This document shows, piece by piece, positions 28,487-38,244 of a stretch of DNA of 52,238 nucleotides (its first letter is position 1; every line of letters starts with the position of its first letter). Below the pieces are notes generated by a model. That model searched no databases. It was not told the origin of the DNA and worked only from the letters and a program-made list of their open reading frames with translations. Where the stretch lies: NCBI GenBank assembly GCA_011391785.1, contig JAABPW010000325.1, positions 1-52,238 of the forward strand. The letters run 5' to 3'. The DNA comes from Verrucomicrobiota bacterium (GTDB lineage: Bacteria; Verrucomicrobiota; Kiritimatiellia; CAIKKV01; CAITUY01). A program made the translations under genes and the position numbers.

Positions 28487-29974
28487 TCATTTCAGCCGTT
28501 CATTGATCGAGGCAGCCGCGCGACGGCCCTCTCCCATGGCAAGAATGACCGTGGCCGCCCCGAGCACGATATCCCCGCCGGCGTATACGCCATCGATGGA
28601 TGTCTTGCCCGTTTCATCCACGATAATGTTACCCCACTTGGTCGTTTTCAACCCCTCGGTGGTTCGCGGGATCAGGGGATTGGAATCGTTTCCAATGGCC
28701 ACAATCACCGCCTCGACATCACGGATAAATTCACTACCCTTGATTTCGACAGGGCGCCGGCGCCCGGAAGCATCCGGCTCACCCAACTCGTACCGGAGGC
28801 ATTCAACCGCCTTGACACAGCCGTTCTCGTCGCCCATGACGCGGCTCACATTCTCCAGCAGGTGGAAAATTACGCCCTCCTCCTTGGCGTGGGCAATCTC
28901 CTCGACACGGGCAGGCATTTCCACCTCGGTCCGCCGGTAGATGACATGCACTTCGGCGGCGCCCAGCCGCACGGCGGTGCGTGCCGCATCCATGGCCACA
29001 TTGCCACCACCCAGGATCGCCACCCGGCCCGCCCTGTAGATCGGGGTGTCAGCCCGGCCGAAATCATAGGCCTTCATCAGGTTGGCGCGGGTCAGGTACT
29101 CATTGGCCGCAAAAACACCGACCAGGTTCTCCCCTTCAATGTTCATGAACTTGGGAAGCCCGGCACCCGTGCCGATAAATACCGCATCAAACCCGTCCTC
29201 CTCGATCAACGCCTTCAATTTACGGGTCCGCCCAATCACGAAGTTGGTCTTGATTTCCACGCCCATCGCCAGCAGCGCATCAATCTCCTTCTGTACAATC
29301 GCCTTGGGCAGCCGGAACTCGGGAATACCATAGACCAGAACGCCACCCGGCTTGTGAAAGGCCTCGAACATGACCACCTGATGTCCCTCGCGGCGCACAT
29401 CCGCCGCCACGGTGACGCTGGCCGGACCGGATCCAATGACCGCCACCTTTTTCCCCGTGGCGGGCTTGATCACCGGAGACACCGCCTTGCCGCTGTCGCG
29501 CTCCAGATCGGCAACATAGCGCTCCACACGTCCGATGGAAACGGCCTTATCCACGCTCTTGAGCGACTTGCCCACCGTGCAATGTTCCTGGCATTGGACT
29601 TCCTGCGGGCAAACCCGGCCACAAACCGCCGGCAGAAGGCTGTTCTTCTTGATCACAGCGCAGGCACCCAGAAAATCCCCCGCCGCCGCGGCCTTCAGGA
29701 AACCGGGAATATCAATCCGAACCGGACACCCCTGCACGCAGGGGGCATTCCTGCATTGAAGACAGCGCATGGATTCCAGCCGAGCCTGTTCCGGAGTGTA
29801 TCCAAGGGCCACTTCCTGGACATTCTTCCGCCGCACCTCAGGATCCTGCGTCGGCATGTCCTGCACCGGAATGGCAATCCGCTCCTTGGGAGTCAGGGGT
29901 GCGGTTTTCTTTAAAATGGCGTCCAGTTCACGATGGGCGGCTTCCGCCAACGCTTCAGGCGTAATGTGACTCAT
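28487..29974 (-). CDS. GltD-like flavoprotein, large subunit of NfnAB/Sud electron-bifurcating transhydrogenase
   Basis: RCLQC..APC..GCP, CGRVCPQEVQC, GSGPA, YGIPEFRLP, GGGNVAMDAAR, AGGDIV.GAATVILAMG; ATGA overlap with the upstream small subunit. Confidence 0.92.
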   Translation of the reverse strand: MSHITPEALAEAAHRELDAILKKTAPLTPKERIAIPVQDMPTQDPEVRRKNVQEVALGYTPEQARLESMRCLQCRNAPCVQGCPVRIDIPGFLKAAAAGDFLGACAVIKKNSLLPAVCGRVCPQEVQCQEHCTVGKSLKSVDKAVSIGRVERYVADLERDSGKAVSPVIKPATGKKVAVIGSGPASVTVAADVRREGHQVVMFEAFHKPGGVLVYGIPEFRLPKAIVQKEIDALLAMGVEIKTNFVIGRTRKLKALIEEDGFDAVFIGTGAGLPKFMNIEGENLVGVFAANEYLTRANLMKAYDFGRADTPIYRAGRVAILGGGNVAMDAARTAVRLGAAEVHVIYRRTEVEMPARVEEIAHAKEEGVIFHLLENVSRVMGDENGCVKAVECLRYELGEPDASGRRRPVEIKGSEFIRDVEAVIVAIGNDSNPLIPRTTEGLKTTKWGNIIVDETGKTSIDGVYAGGDIVLGAATVILAMGEGRRAAASINERLK

Positions 29975-30831
29975 GACAGGCTCCGCTCCTTGGCTTGAAT
30001 CTCCGCATCCAGATGACACTGATGATGGGCCGTATCCTCATGCTTGCGATAGGCCTTCAACCGCTGCATCATATTGTCAAAATCCACCTTGTGCCCATCG
30101 AATTCAGGACCGTCCACGCAGACAAACTTGGTCTGACCGCCAACCGTCACGCGGCACCCCCCGCACATCCCCGTGCCATCAATCATGATGGTATTCAAGG
30201 AGACCAAAGTATGCACCCCGAACGGGCGGGTCGCTTCAGCGCAAAACTTCATCATGACCGGCGGCCCGATCGCCACCGCCAACTCTGGTTTCGGAATCCG
30301 GGCGCACACTTCCTTGAGGGGTTCAGTAACCAGCGCCTTCCGGCCATACGAGCCGTCATCCGTGCAGACGATGAACTCATCCGCCAGGGCGCGCATCTGC
30401 TCCTCCAGGATCACCAGCTTGCGATTGCGGGCGCCCACGATAACGATGACCCGGTTACCCGCCTGTTTCATCCCCTTGACAATCGGGTGCAACGGGGCGA
30501 CCCCGATTCCCCCACCTACGCAAACCACGGTGCCGAACTTCTCGATATGGGTTGGCTGTCCCAGCGGCCCCAGTACACTGACCACGGATTCGCCAACCGC
30601 CTTGTCGGCCAGATTGTGCGTGGTTTTTCCCACAGCCTGGAAAATGATCGTGAGCGAGCCCTCCGCCGGATCCGCATCCGCAATGGTCAGGGGAATGCGT
30701 TCACCGTAGTCATTATCGAGCTGGAGGATGACAAATTGTCCCGGCAGCCTTTCGCGGGCAATATGAGGGGCATCCAGCCGCATCATATAGACATCGTCCG
30801 ACAATTGCGTCTTGGCCAAAATTCTATTCAT
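29971..30831 (-). CDS. Ferredoxin-NADP+ reductase-like small subunit (NfnA/SudB type)
   Basis: PGQFVIL, GERIPLTIAD, GPLG, GGGIGVAP, TDDGSYG, DGTGMCGGCRV, CVDGPEFDG. Confidence 0.92.
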   Translation of the reverse strand: MNRILAKTQLSDDVYMMRLDAPHIARERLPGQFVILQLDNDYGERIPLTIADADPAEGSLTIIFQAVGKTTHNLADKAVGESVVSVLGPLGQPTHIEKFGTVVCVGGGIGVAPLHPIVKGMKQAGNRVIVIVGARNRKLVILEEQMRALADEFIVCTDDGSYGRKALVTEPLKEVCARIPKPELAVAIGPPVMMKFCAEATRPFGVHTLVSLNTIMIDGTGMCGGCRVTVGGQTKFVCVDGPEFDGHKVDFDNMMQRLKAYRKHEDTAHHQCHLDAEIQAKERSLS

Positions 30832-30953
30832 GAATAACCCTCGCCTGAGTAAGTTGGGGGTGGAGTATGCCACCCCCCGATTCGTCCCTCAAGCACAATA
30901 CCCACGGGAACGCGGGAAGAAGGAGTCAGAAGACAGTAGTCAGGGGACGGGGA

Positions 30954-31715
30954 TCAGCCGGACTTCGACTGCTGGCGGCGGACTTCAAACAGGGCAATGG
31001 CGGCGGCAACGGCGGCATTAAGGGACCCTACCCTGCCCCGCATCGGCAACCGGATGACGACATCACAGGTTTCCCGGATCAACTTGCCCAGCCCCTCCTC
31101 CTCGCTGCCCACCACCACCCCGATGGGCCCCGTCAGATCAGCTTCCTCGTAGGGCATGGCCGAGTTGCTGCCTTCCAGCCCCACCAAGCGGATCCCCTGC
31201 TCCTGAAGTTCCAGCATCGCCTGGTGCAGGTTCCCGACCTGTGCCACCTTGACGTGCTCCGCCGCACCCGCCGAGGCCCGCACCACGGCAGGGGTGACGG
31301 AGGCAGCCCGGTGACGCGGAATCACCACCCCATTGACGCCTGCGGCATCCGCCGAGCGCAGCATGGACCCCAGGTTCTGGGGATCCTGGACATGATCCAC
31401 CAACAGCAGTAGCGGCGGGGTCTTGCGCTCACCCGCACCTTCGAGCACCGCTTCCAACTCGACATACTCGTAATCCGACACCACGATGGCAACCCCCTGG
31501 TGGTTCCCGCTCCGGCACATGCGATCCAGCTCGAACACCGCCACCGGCTGGATGGTGATCGAACGTTTTTCGGCCAACTTCAGCAACTGCACGATAGAGG
31601 CGGCAGACTGGCGGACGTTATTCGCCATGCAAAGCTGTTTCACTTCGCGTCGCCCTGCCTTCAGCAATTCACAGACCGGCTGACGCCCATAGACAATATC
31701 GGGTTCATGTGTCAT
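30954..31715 (-). CDS. rlmB: 23S rRNA (guanosine-2251-2'-O)-methyltransferase
   Basis: IVYGRQPV, HQGV, QDPQNLGSMLRSA, GSEEEG, SLNAAVAAAI SpoU motifs; start trimmed to ATG 31715. Confidence 0.9.
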   Translation of the reverse strand: MTHEPDIVYGRQPVCELLKAGRREVKQLCMANNVRQSAASIVQLLKLAEKRSITIQPVAVFELDRMCRSGNHQGVAIVVSDYEYVELEAVLEGAGERKTPPLLLLVDHVQDPQNLGSMLRSADAAGVNGVVIPRHRAASVTPAVVRASAGAAEHVKVAQVGNLHQAMLELQEQGIRLVGLEGSNSAMPYEEADLTGPIGVVVGSEEEGLGKLIRETCDVVIRLPMRGRVGSLNAAVAAAIALFEVRRQQSKSG

Positions 31716-31797
31716 GTCCGGAAAGGTACACGGTGCCATACAGGAAAACAATTCCGCAATTGATGTCTGGAAAACCCGCCGGTATAATCGCCAGAAC

Positions 31798-32931
31798 ATG
31801 ATCATACGCATTACAGATCCCCCGGGATACGGAACGGCCGTCTCGGAATCGTTTCTTGAAAACCGCTTTGACGTGGTCTCCCGATCGGGCCTTCACATCA
31901 CCGAAGCCCACTTGATCAATGCGCTACCCACGCTCTCCCACCCGGCCCGGATGCTGATCCTCGGGAACCGCACGGGCACGCTGGGCATGATTGCCAACCG
32001 CTTCCACGAAAACCTGGAGGTTGTGGTTTCCTCCCTCGATATCTTCCACCACCATGCCATCGAGCGGAACCTTGCCCGGAACCCCTTCACCGCGGTCACT
32101 GCCCGCTGTGAACCCGACATCCCGGAGCGTGACTTCTTTGATGCCGTTTGCCTGCAACTCTCGGCGGGCGGCATGGCGGATGAACTGATTCTCGACCTCC
32201 TCCAGCAAAGCCACCTGGCGCTGAAAAAAGAGGGCACCTTCATGGTGGCGGCCGAGGAAGACATCCCCTGGCTGACGGAACACATGAAGAAATCCTTCGG
32301 CGCCTGCTCCATTCGAGGAACCGAACAGACCTCCACCCTGCTTGTCAGCCGAAAAAGGAAGGAGTTGAAAAAGCTCAAGGACTACCGGGCGGAATTCACC
32401 ATGACGACGCCGGGCGGCAAAGCCGTCCAGCTGGTCACCCACCCCGGGGTATTCGCACACCGCCGCGTGGATGAGGGTGCCCAGGCGCTCGCCGAGGTCG
32501 CCCTCACGAAACCCGGCGACTCCATCCTCGACATGGGTTGCGGGTGCGGAAGCATTGGGTTGACGCTTGCCGTGAACCAGCCCTCGGCCCGTGTTTGCTT
32601 CGTGGATTCCCATGCCCGGGCGGTTCATGCAACCGAGCATAACTGCCTGGCCAATGGGCTGACGGAATACAAGGTGATCCTCAGTGATGAAGGACCGCCT
32701 CCCGATATGGGGGAATTCACGCTGTTTGTCGGGAATCCGCCCTACTATTCCAACGACCGGATTTCAGACTTCTTCATTCAAACGGCCTATAAGACCCTTC
32801 AGTCCGGCGGACGGGCCTATGTGGTGGGGAAAAAGGCCGCCCATAACGCCGAAATGATGAAGACGCTTTTTGGAAATTCGGAAATCATCCACCGGCGCGG
32901 CTATGAAATCGCCATGTCGGTGAAATCGTGA
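31798..32931 (+). CDS. RsmC/RlmG-like class I SAM methyltransferase
   Basis: PGVFAHRRVDEG, LDMGCGCG, NPPY; duplicated-domain length; start trimmed to ATG 31798. Confidence 0.85.
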   Translation: MIIRITDPPGYGTAVSESFLENRFDVVSRSGLHITEAHLINALPTLSHPARMLILGNRTGTLGMIANRFHENLEVVVSSLDIFHHHAIERNLARNPFTAVTARCEPDIPERDFFDAVCLQLSAGGMADELILDLLQQSHLALKKEGTFMVAAEEDIPWLTEHMKKSFGACSIRGTEQTSTLLVSRKRKELKKLKDYRAEFTMTTPGGKAVQLVTHPGVFAHRRVDEGAQALAEVALTKPGDSILDMGCGCGSIGLTLAVNQPSARVCFVDSHARAVHATEHNCLANGLTEYKVILSDEGPPPDMGEFTLFVGNPPYYSNDRISDFFIQTAYKTLQSGGRAYVVGKKAAHNAEMMKTLFGNSEIIHRRGYEIAMSVKS

Positions 32932-33182
32932 AGTGCCGGGTCGGATGCGCGGCCTGTTGCGTCAACATATCCATCTCATCCCCCATCCCGGGCATGCCCG
33001 ACGGCAAGCAAGCCGGGGTGCGGTGTATCCAATTATCCGAGGACGGACGTTGCAAGGTGTTTGGATTGCCCTCCCGGCCGGACATCTGCAACCGCCTCAC
33101 CCCCAACGAAGAGATGTGCGGCACCACCGACCAGCATGCCTATGATTATCTTGCAGCCCTTGAAAAAGCGACACAGCCCTGA
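32928..33182 (+). CDS. YkgJ-family cysteine-cluster protein
   Basis: CRVGCAACC...RCIQL...CKVF..RP.IC; GTGA overlap with the upstream gene. Confidence 0.85.
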   Translation: MKCRVGCAACCVNISISSPIPGMPDGKQAGVRCIQLSEDGRCKVFGLPSRPDICNRLTPNEEMCGTTDQHAYDYLAALEKATQP

Positions 33183-33242
33183 AATTCGGGGGTCAGGGCG
33201 CGGGGTTCAGGCAACACATTCATCAGGTGCCAGAGAACGGAT

Positions 33243-33842
33243 CTAGCCTGCGAGGGCTTTACGGACAATCCCCTCGACATCCGCCTTCGCCATGGAAGAC
33301 AGGTTGATGACGCGGGCAACCATCTCCTGGGCGTCACCCCTTTTGTAACCGAGGGAAATCAGGGCCAGGACGGCATCACGAAGCTTGATGTCGGATTCGG
33401 TTTCAGGCTGGCCCGCTACCTGGGCGGACATCATTTCGCCGGCGCTGAACTTGTCGCGCAACTCCACCACCATTCGCTCGGCGGTTTTCTTGCCGATGCC
33501 GGAAATGGAACTGAGGCGCTTGATATCGGCATCCTTGATCGCCACCTTGAGCTCACGCACAGTCATGCCGCTCAACGCCGACAGTGCGGTTTTCGGACCG
33601 ATCCCGGAAACCCCGAGCAGCAAGGTGAAGACCCGCCGCTCATCATCGGTCATGAACCCGAACAACTGGTGATCATCCTCGCGGATATGGTCGTGGGTGA
33701 GAACCCGGGCCTTTTCACCCACTCCGGGCAGGCGGTCATAGCTGCTCAGCGGGATAACGACCTCGTACCCCACCCCGCCGACATTCAACACCAGATGGGT
33801 GGGCTTCTTGTCTTCAATGATGCCTTCCAGGAATGTTATCAT
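33243..33842 (-). CDS. ruvA: Holliday junction branch migration protein RuvA
   Basis: VGGVGYEV, IRED..QLFGF, VSGIGPKTAL, GIGKKTAERMVVEL, ALISLGY. Confidence 0.97.
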   Translation of the reverse strand: MITFLEGIIEDKKPTHLVLNVGGVGYEVVIPLSSYDRLPGVGEKARVLTHDHIREDDHQLFGFMTDDERRVFTLLLGVSGIGPKTALSALSGMTVRELKVAIKDADIKRLSSISGIGKKTAERMVVELRDKFSAGEMMSAQVAGQPETESDIKLRDAVLALISLGYKRGDAQEMVARVINLSSMAKADVEGIVRKALAG

Positions 33843-33870
33843 AAGCGTGACAGGGCTTGGGGTTGAGGAC

Positions 33871-34368
33871 TCAAATGGGCTGAGGGTTCAGTTCGGCAAC
33901 CGGAGACCGGCTGTTGATGTGGCAGAGAGCAATAGCCAGGGCGTCGCCGGCGTCCTCCTGGGGCTCATCCTTGAGTCCCAGAAGCACCATGATCATCCTG
34001 CGGACCTGCAGCTTATCGGCAGCGCCATTTCCGGCAATGGCTTTTTTCACGCGACGCGGCTCGTATTGATAAACAGGAATCCCCGATGCGGCGCAGGCGG
34101 CAATCACCACCCCGCGGGCTTCGCCGAGAACCAGGGAGGTGCGGGCATTCTTGGCGAAAAAGATATCCTCGATCGCCGCCAGATCCGGCTTGGTCCGGCC
34201 GATAATCTCCCGGATTCCGCCGTCGATCCGCCGCAGACACTCTGACAGCGGCAATTTGTCCGGATTATGGATCCGCCCGTATTCCAGAGCCGTGTTGCGA
34301 CCTGCCAGGGACTCAACCACCGCCACGCCTGATGAGCGCAGCGACGTGTCTATCCCCAGCACCCGCAT
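33871..34368 (-). CDS. ruvC: Holliday junction resolvase RuvC
   Basis: VLGID, AIEDIFF, GEARG, VKKAIAGNG.ADK.QV, DAGDALAIALCH. Confidence 0.96.
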   Translation of the reverse strand: MRVLGIDTSLRSSGVAVVESLAGRNTALEYGRIHNPDKLPLSECLRRIDGGIREIIGRTKPDLAAIEDIFFAKNARTSLVLGEARGVVIAACAASGIPVYQYEPRRVKKAIAGNGAADKLQVRRMIMVLLGLKDEPQEDAGDALAIALCHINSRSPVAELNPQPI

Positions 34369-34376
34369 GGTCCGGC

Positions 34377-35132
34377 CTAGTCCTTCTCGAGCTCCGCCAG
34401 CACGGCGTCATCCATGTCCATGTTGTTGTAGACGTTCTGCACGTCGTCGTTGTCCTCGAGGGCCTCAACGAACTTCATCACGGACTTGGCCACGGACTTG
34501 TCACTAACAGGAACATAGGTTTCCGGAACAAGCCGGACTTCCGAGTCATCCGTCTTGATGCCGGCCTTCTCCAGGGCTTCCATGACGCCATTGAAGGCGT
34601 TGGGATCGGTCAGGATCTCGAACTGATCGCCATCGCGGCTCATATCCTCGGCGCCTGCGTTGAGGACGATGTCCATCAACTTGTCCTCTTCAACCGAATT
34701 GGCATCCACGAAAATCTGGCCACGGCGCTTGAATCCGCGTGACACGGCGCCCTGGGAGGCGAACCCGGAAGCCATCTTGCTGAAGAGATGACGAATTTCG
34801 GCTGCCGCCCGGTTCTTGTTGTCGGTCAACACCTTGACCACCACTCCGACGCCACCATCGGCGAACCCCTCATAGGTGATTTCTTCCATGATATCGGCCG
34901 CCAGCTCGCCGGTACCCTTCTTGATGGCGCGATCAATGTTTTCGTTGGGCATACTGACAGCCTTGCAGCGCGTAATCATGGTACGCAACGCTGAATTGGT
35001 GTCGGGACTGCCGCCGCCGGCCTTGGCGACAACCATCAATTCCTTCGCCATCTTGCTGAAAATCTTACCGCGCTTGGCATCCGCAGCGCCCTTCTTGTGC
35101 TGAATTGTCTTCCACTTACTATGACCGCTCAT
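34377..35132 (-). CDS. yebC: YebC/PmpR family protein
   Basis: MSGHSKWKTIQHKKG, YEG, TDNKNR, LEDNDDVQNVY. Confidence 0.96.
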   Translation of the reverse strand: MSGHSKWKTIQHKKGAADAKRGKIFSKMAKELMVVAKAGGGSPDTNSALRTMITRCKAVSMPNENIDRAIKKGTGELAADIMEEITYEGFADGGVGVVVKVLTDNKNRAAAEIRHLFSKMASGFASQGAVSRGFKRRGQIFVDANSVEEDKLMDIVLNAGAEDMSRDGDQFEILTDPNAFNGVMEALEKAGIKTDDSEVRLVPETYVPVSDKSVAKSVMKFVEALEDNDDVQNVYNNMDMDDAVLAELEKD

Positions 35133-35169
35133 CTCATTCCTCCCTTTCCTATAGTGTTCCCGAGCCGGA

Positions 35170-36078
35170 TCACACCGGACTCATCTTGAATCCCACCAAA
35201 CTGTCGGGCGAGGGAGTCTCATACTCCTGCACCCATCCTTCAGAAAACCCCAACCGCTCCACCGCCTCCACCACGCGCCCGTACTCTTCCGCCGTCGGAC
35301 GCCGGTTCCACGGCGCGGCCTGCAGGGCCTGATACGCAGGCGTATACTGCGCCATGACGCTCACGGGGATTTCCGTCCCCACAGCCTCCGCCAGCCACTC
35401 CAGATTCGCCACCGCCTCGTCGGCACGCCCGGGCAGGACCAGAAGCCGGCAGATCGTTCCCCGCCGCGCCACTCCGTCCCCGCCTGTCTCAAGGGGACCT
35501 GTCTGCCGCCACATTTCCAGGAGTGCCCGCCGCGCCACATCCACATAATCCGCGGCCCGAGAGCCTTCTTTTGCCGAATCCGGCTCCGAATATCGCAGAT
35601 CGGTCAGGTACACATTGACCCAGCCGTCCAGCGCCCGAAGCACCTCCACCCGTTCAAAACCGCTCGTGTTATACACAATTGGCAGAGCGTGTCCATCTTT
35701 CACAACACATTCCCAGGCCGCATGGATCCATGGCAGCCAGGGTGTCGGACTCACAAAATTCCAATTATGGCACCCTTCAACAGCCAGCGACTTCAGGATG
35801 GCGGCCAAACCAATCTCATCCACTTCACGCCCCTGCCCCTCCTGACTCCAGGGATAATTCTGGCAGTAAAGACATTTCAGCGTGCACCGGCTGAAAAAAA
35901 CCGTCCCGGATCCCCGTGTCCCTGAAACCGGCGGCTCTTCACCATGATGCGCCCCGTAGCGATAGACTTCGGTTACTCCGCCCGCCCCGCACCAGCCGCG
36001 CTTCCCCTGCTGGCGGTTCACACCGCATTCACGGGGACAAAGCCCGCAGCGGGCCAACGATGAAACAAGCGGATTCAC
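35170..36078 (-). CDS. PflX-like radical SAM protein
   Basis: CGLCPRECGVNR, HHGEEP.VSG.RGSGTVFF, CTLKCLYCQN, VMAQYTP. Confidence 0.88.
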   Translation of the reverse strand: MNPLVSSLARCGLCPRECGVNRQQGKRGWCGAGGVTEVYRYGAHHGEEPPVSGTRGSGTVFFSRCTLKCLYCQNYPWSQEGQGREVDEIGLAAILKSLAVEGCHNWNFVSPTPWLPWIHAAWECVVKDGHALPIVYNTSGFERVEVLRALDGWVNVYLTDLRYSEPDSAKEGSRAADYVDVARRALLEMWRQTGPLETGGDGVARRGTICRLLVLPGRADEAVANLEWLAEAVGTEIPVSVMAQYTPAYQALQAAPWNRRPTAEEYGRVVEAVERLGFSEGWVQEYETPSPDSLVGFKMSPV

Positions 36079-36087
36079 CAGCCAGGC

Positions 36088-38124
36088 CTAGTCCTGATCC
36101 TCCTCCTTCACCTTCGCCGCGGCTGCAATAATCTTCTGGGCCACATTGCTGGGCACGACATCATACCGGGCAAAGGACATCTCGAAGGATCCCCGCCCGC
36201 CCGTCATGCTGCGCAACTCGGCACAATACGTGAACAGTTCCGCCTGGGGAATATCGGCGGTAATCACCTGCATGCCGTCGGCTGACTCCATTCCCACGAT
36301 CCGTCCGCGCCTATGGCTCATATCGCCGTTGACATCACCCATGAACTGCTCGGGTATGGTAATCCTGACCGACATGATCGGCTCCAGCAGGACAGGCTTG
36401 GCCTTGCTGACCGCGTCCCGGAAGGACCGGCTCCCGGCAATCTTGAAGGCAATTTCAGAGGAATCGACATCATGGTAGGAACCGTCATAGACGGTGGACT
36501 TGACCTTCACCATGGGTGACCCCGCCAAGGCTCCCTTGGACATTCCCTCAACCACGCCCTTCTGGACTGCAGGCACGAAGTTATGCGGAATGGCCCCGCC
36601 CACCAGGGCATTGGCAAACCACTCGTCATCCCCTTCCATCAGGGGCTCGACCTTGAGGTAAACCTCCCCGTACTGGCCGCGGCCACCGGACTGCTTCTTG
36701 TGCTTGTAATGGCCCTCGGCCCGCCCGGTGATGGTCTCCGTATAGGCGATCTTCGGGGTGCTCAGGATCACGTCCACGCTGTTGCGCTTCTTCATCCGTT
36801 CCACGGCCACCGACAAATGCGTGTCGCCCATCCCGGACAAAATGGTCTCATGGGTGTCGGGATGACGTTCCACATGGATGGTTGGATCGTCCTCGGCAAG
36901 CTTGTGCAGGGCCGTCCCGATCTTGTCCTCATCCCCCTGGGTCTTGGCCGAAACCGCGGTCCACATAACCGGATTCGGGAAGGAGAAGGGCTCAAACGAC
37001 ACCTTGGCTCCGTTCTGGCACAGGGAATCCCCCAACGTCGTAACCTTGAGCTTGGCAATCGCCACGATGTCGCCGGCCTCTGCCTCCGTGATTGGAAGCT
37101 GCTTCTTGCCGTTCAGGGCGACAAACTGGACAATCCGCTCCTTCTGTTCCTTGTTGACGTTCAGCACCTCGGTATCCGCCTTCAGGGTGCCGCCGCAGAC
37201 ATAAACGAAACTCATGTGCCCGATAAAGGGATCATTGACCGTGCGCCACACATACCCCACGAAAGGCGCCGAGGGGGAGGTGTCGATCGGCTTGCCAGCC
37301 GAGTCTTTCATCGGACGATCCGCCGGAGAGGGAAAGAACCGGGCAATGCCGTCGAGGAGCTCACCCACGCCGACGTTCTTGAGCGCCATGCAGGCGAAAA
37401 CGGGGACCAGCTTGCGATCGAACACCGCATGGCGCAGCCCATCGGCGATCTCGCGCGCCGTCAGCGGCTGACCCGCCAGATATTTCTCGATCAACGTGTC
37501 ATCCGTCTCTGCCGCCATTTCAACCAAGGCGCCCTTGGCCGCCTTGAGCGCCTCGCTGATCGAAGCGGGAACATCCGTCGCCGCCAGCACGTCCACCACG
37601 GCGCTGTTATCGGGAAGCGGCATCAGCACGGGGATACACCGGTCGCCCCATGTGGCCTGGATTTCAGCCATGACCTTCTCGAAGGGCGAATTCTCGCGAT
37701 CCAGTCCGGTGACCACGATGGCACGGGGAATGTCGAGCAACGACGCCTGTTTCCAGGCCTTCATGGTGCCGACCTGGATACCGGCATGCGCATCAACCGT
37801 GATCAGGGCCGCGCCGGCAATGCGGCTGGCCTGGATGACCTGCCCGAAGAAATCGGCATAGCCGGGCGTGTCGCTGAACACGATGTCCATGTTGTGGCCG
37901 TCTGCACTCTTGTACATTCCACAAAAGGACTTGGCATAGATCGTTGTCTTGCGCGACTTCTCCTCGTCGGTATAGTCGCCCAGGCTGGTGCCCTGATCGA
38001 CTGACCCGAGACGGTCATTGATGCCCATCTTGTAAAGCATCGCGTCAGCGAGCGTTGTCTTGCCGCTTGCCGTATGTCCCATCAAAACAAAGTTCCGAAC
38101 GTCAGTAACAGCAATATCCTTCAT
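36088..38124 (-). CDS. Elongation factor G paralog (EF-G2 type)
   Basis: GHTASGKTT, DTPGYADF, EDDPT, SGMGDTHL, HKKQSGGRGQYG, DGSYHDVDSSEIAF, LRSMTGGRG; stands outside the str operon. Confidence 0.93.
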   Translation of the reverse strand: MKDIAVTDVRNFVLMGHTASGKTTLADAMLYKMGINDRLGSVDQGTSLGDYTDEEKSRKTTIYAKSFCGMYKSADGHNMDIVFSDTPGYADFFGQVIQASRIAGAALITVDAHAGIQVGTMKAWKQASLLDIPRAIVVTGLDRENSPFEKVMAEIQATWGDRCIPVLMPLPDNSAVVDVLAATDVPASISEALKAAKGALVEMAAETDDTLIEKYLAGQPLTAREIADGLRHAVFDRKLVPVFACMALKNVGVGELLDGIARFFPSPADRPMKDSAGKPIDTSPSAPFVGYVWRTVNDPFIGHMSFVYVCGGTLKADTEVLNVNKEQKERIVQFVALNGKKQLPITEAEAGDIVAIAKLKVTTLGDSLCQNGAKVSFEPFSFPNPVMWTAVSAKTQGDEDKIGTALHKLAEDDPTIHVERHPDTHETILSGMGDTHLSVAVERMKKRNSVDVILSTPKIAYTETITGRAEGHYKHKKQSGGRGQYGEVYLKVEPLMEGDDEWFANALVGGAIPHNFVPAVQKGVVEGMSKGALAGSPMVKVKSTVYDGSYHDVDSSEIAFKIAGSRSFRDAVSKAKPVLLEPIMSVRITIPEQFMGDVNGDMSHRRGRIVGMESADGMQVITADIPQAELFTYCAELRSMTGGRGSFEMSFARYDVVPSNVAQKIIAAAAKVKEEDQD

Positions 38125-38244
38125 GCCGGTATTCCCTTCGCTCTGTCCCTGCTTGTTGCTTCTGGTACCAGTTCACACTCAATCACAAAGGGTCGTTTTT
38201 TATCATAAGCCACCCGATCTGCACAACCAAAACCCACCCCGGAT

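Noticed and set aside
30915-30955. Short degenerate AGTCAG-type repeats after rlmB (similar tract at 33185-33212)
   Set aside because: Too short and irregular to support a feature call
33243-35132. ruvB missing from the yebC-ruvC-ruvA cluster
   Set aside because: Separation of ruvB is common; it is probably elsewhere in the genome
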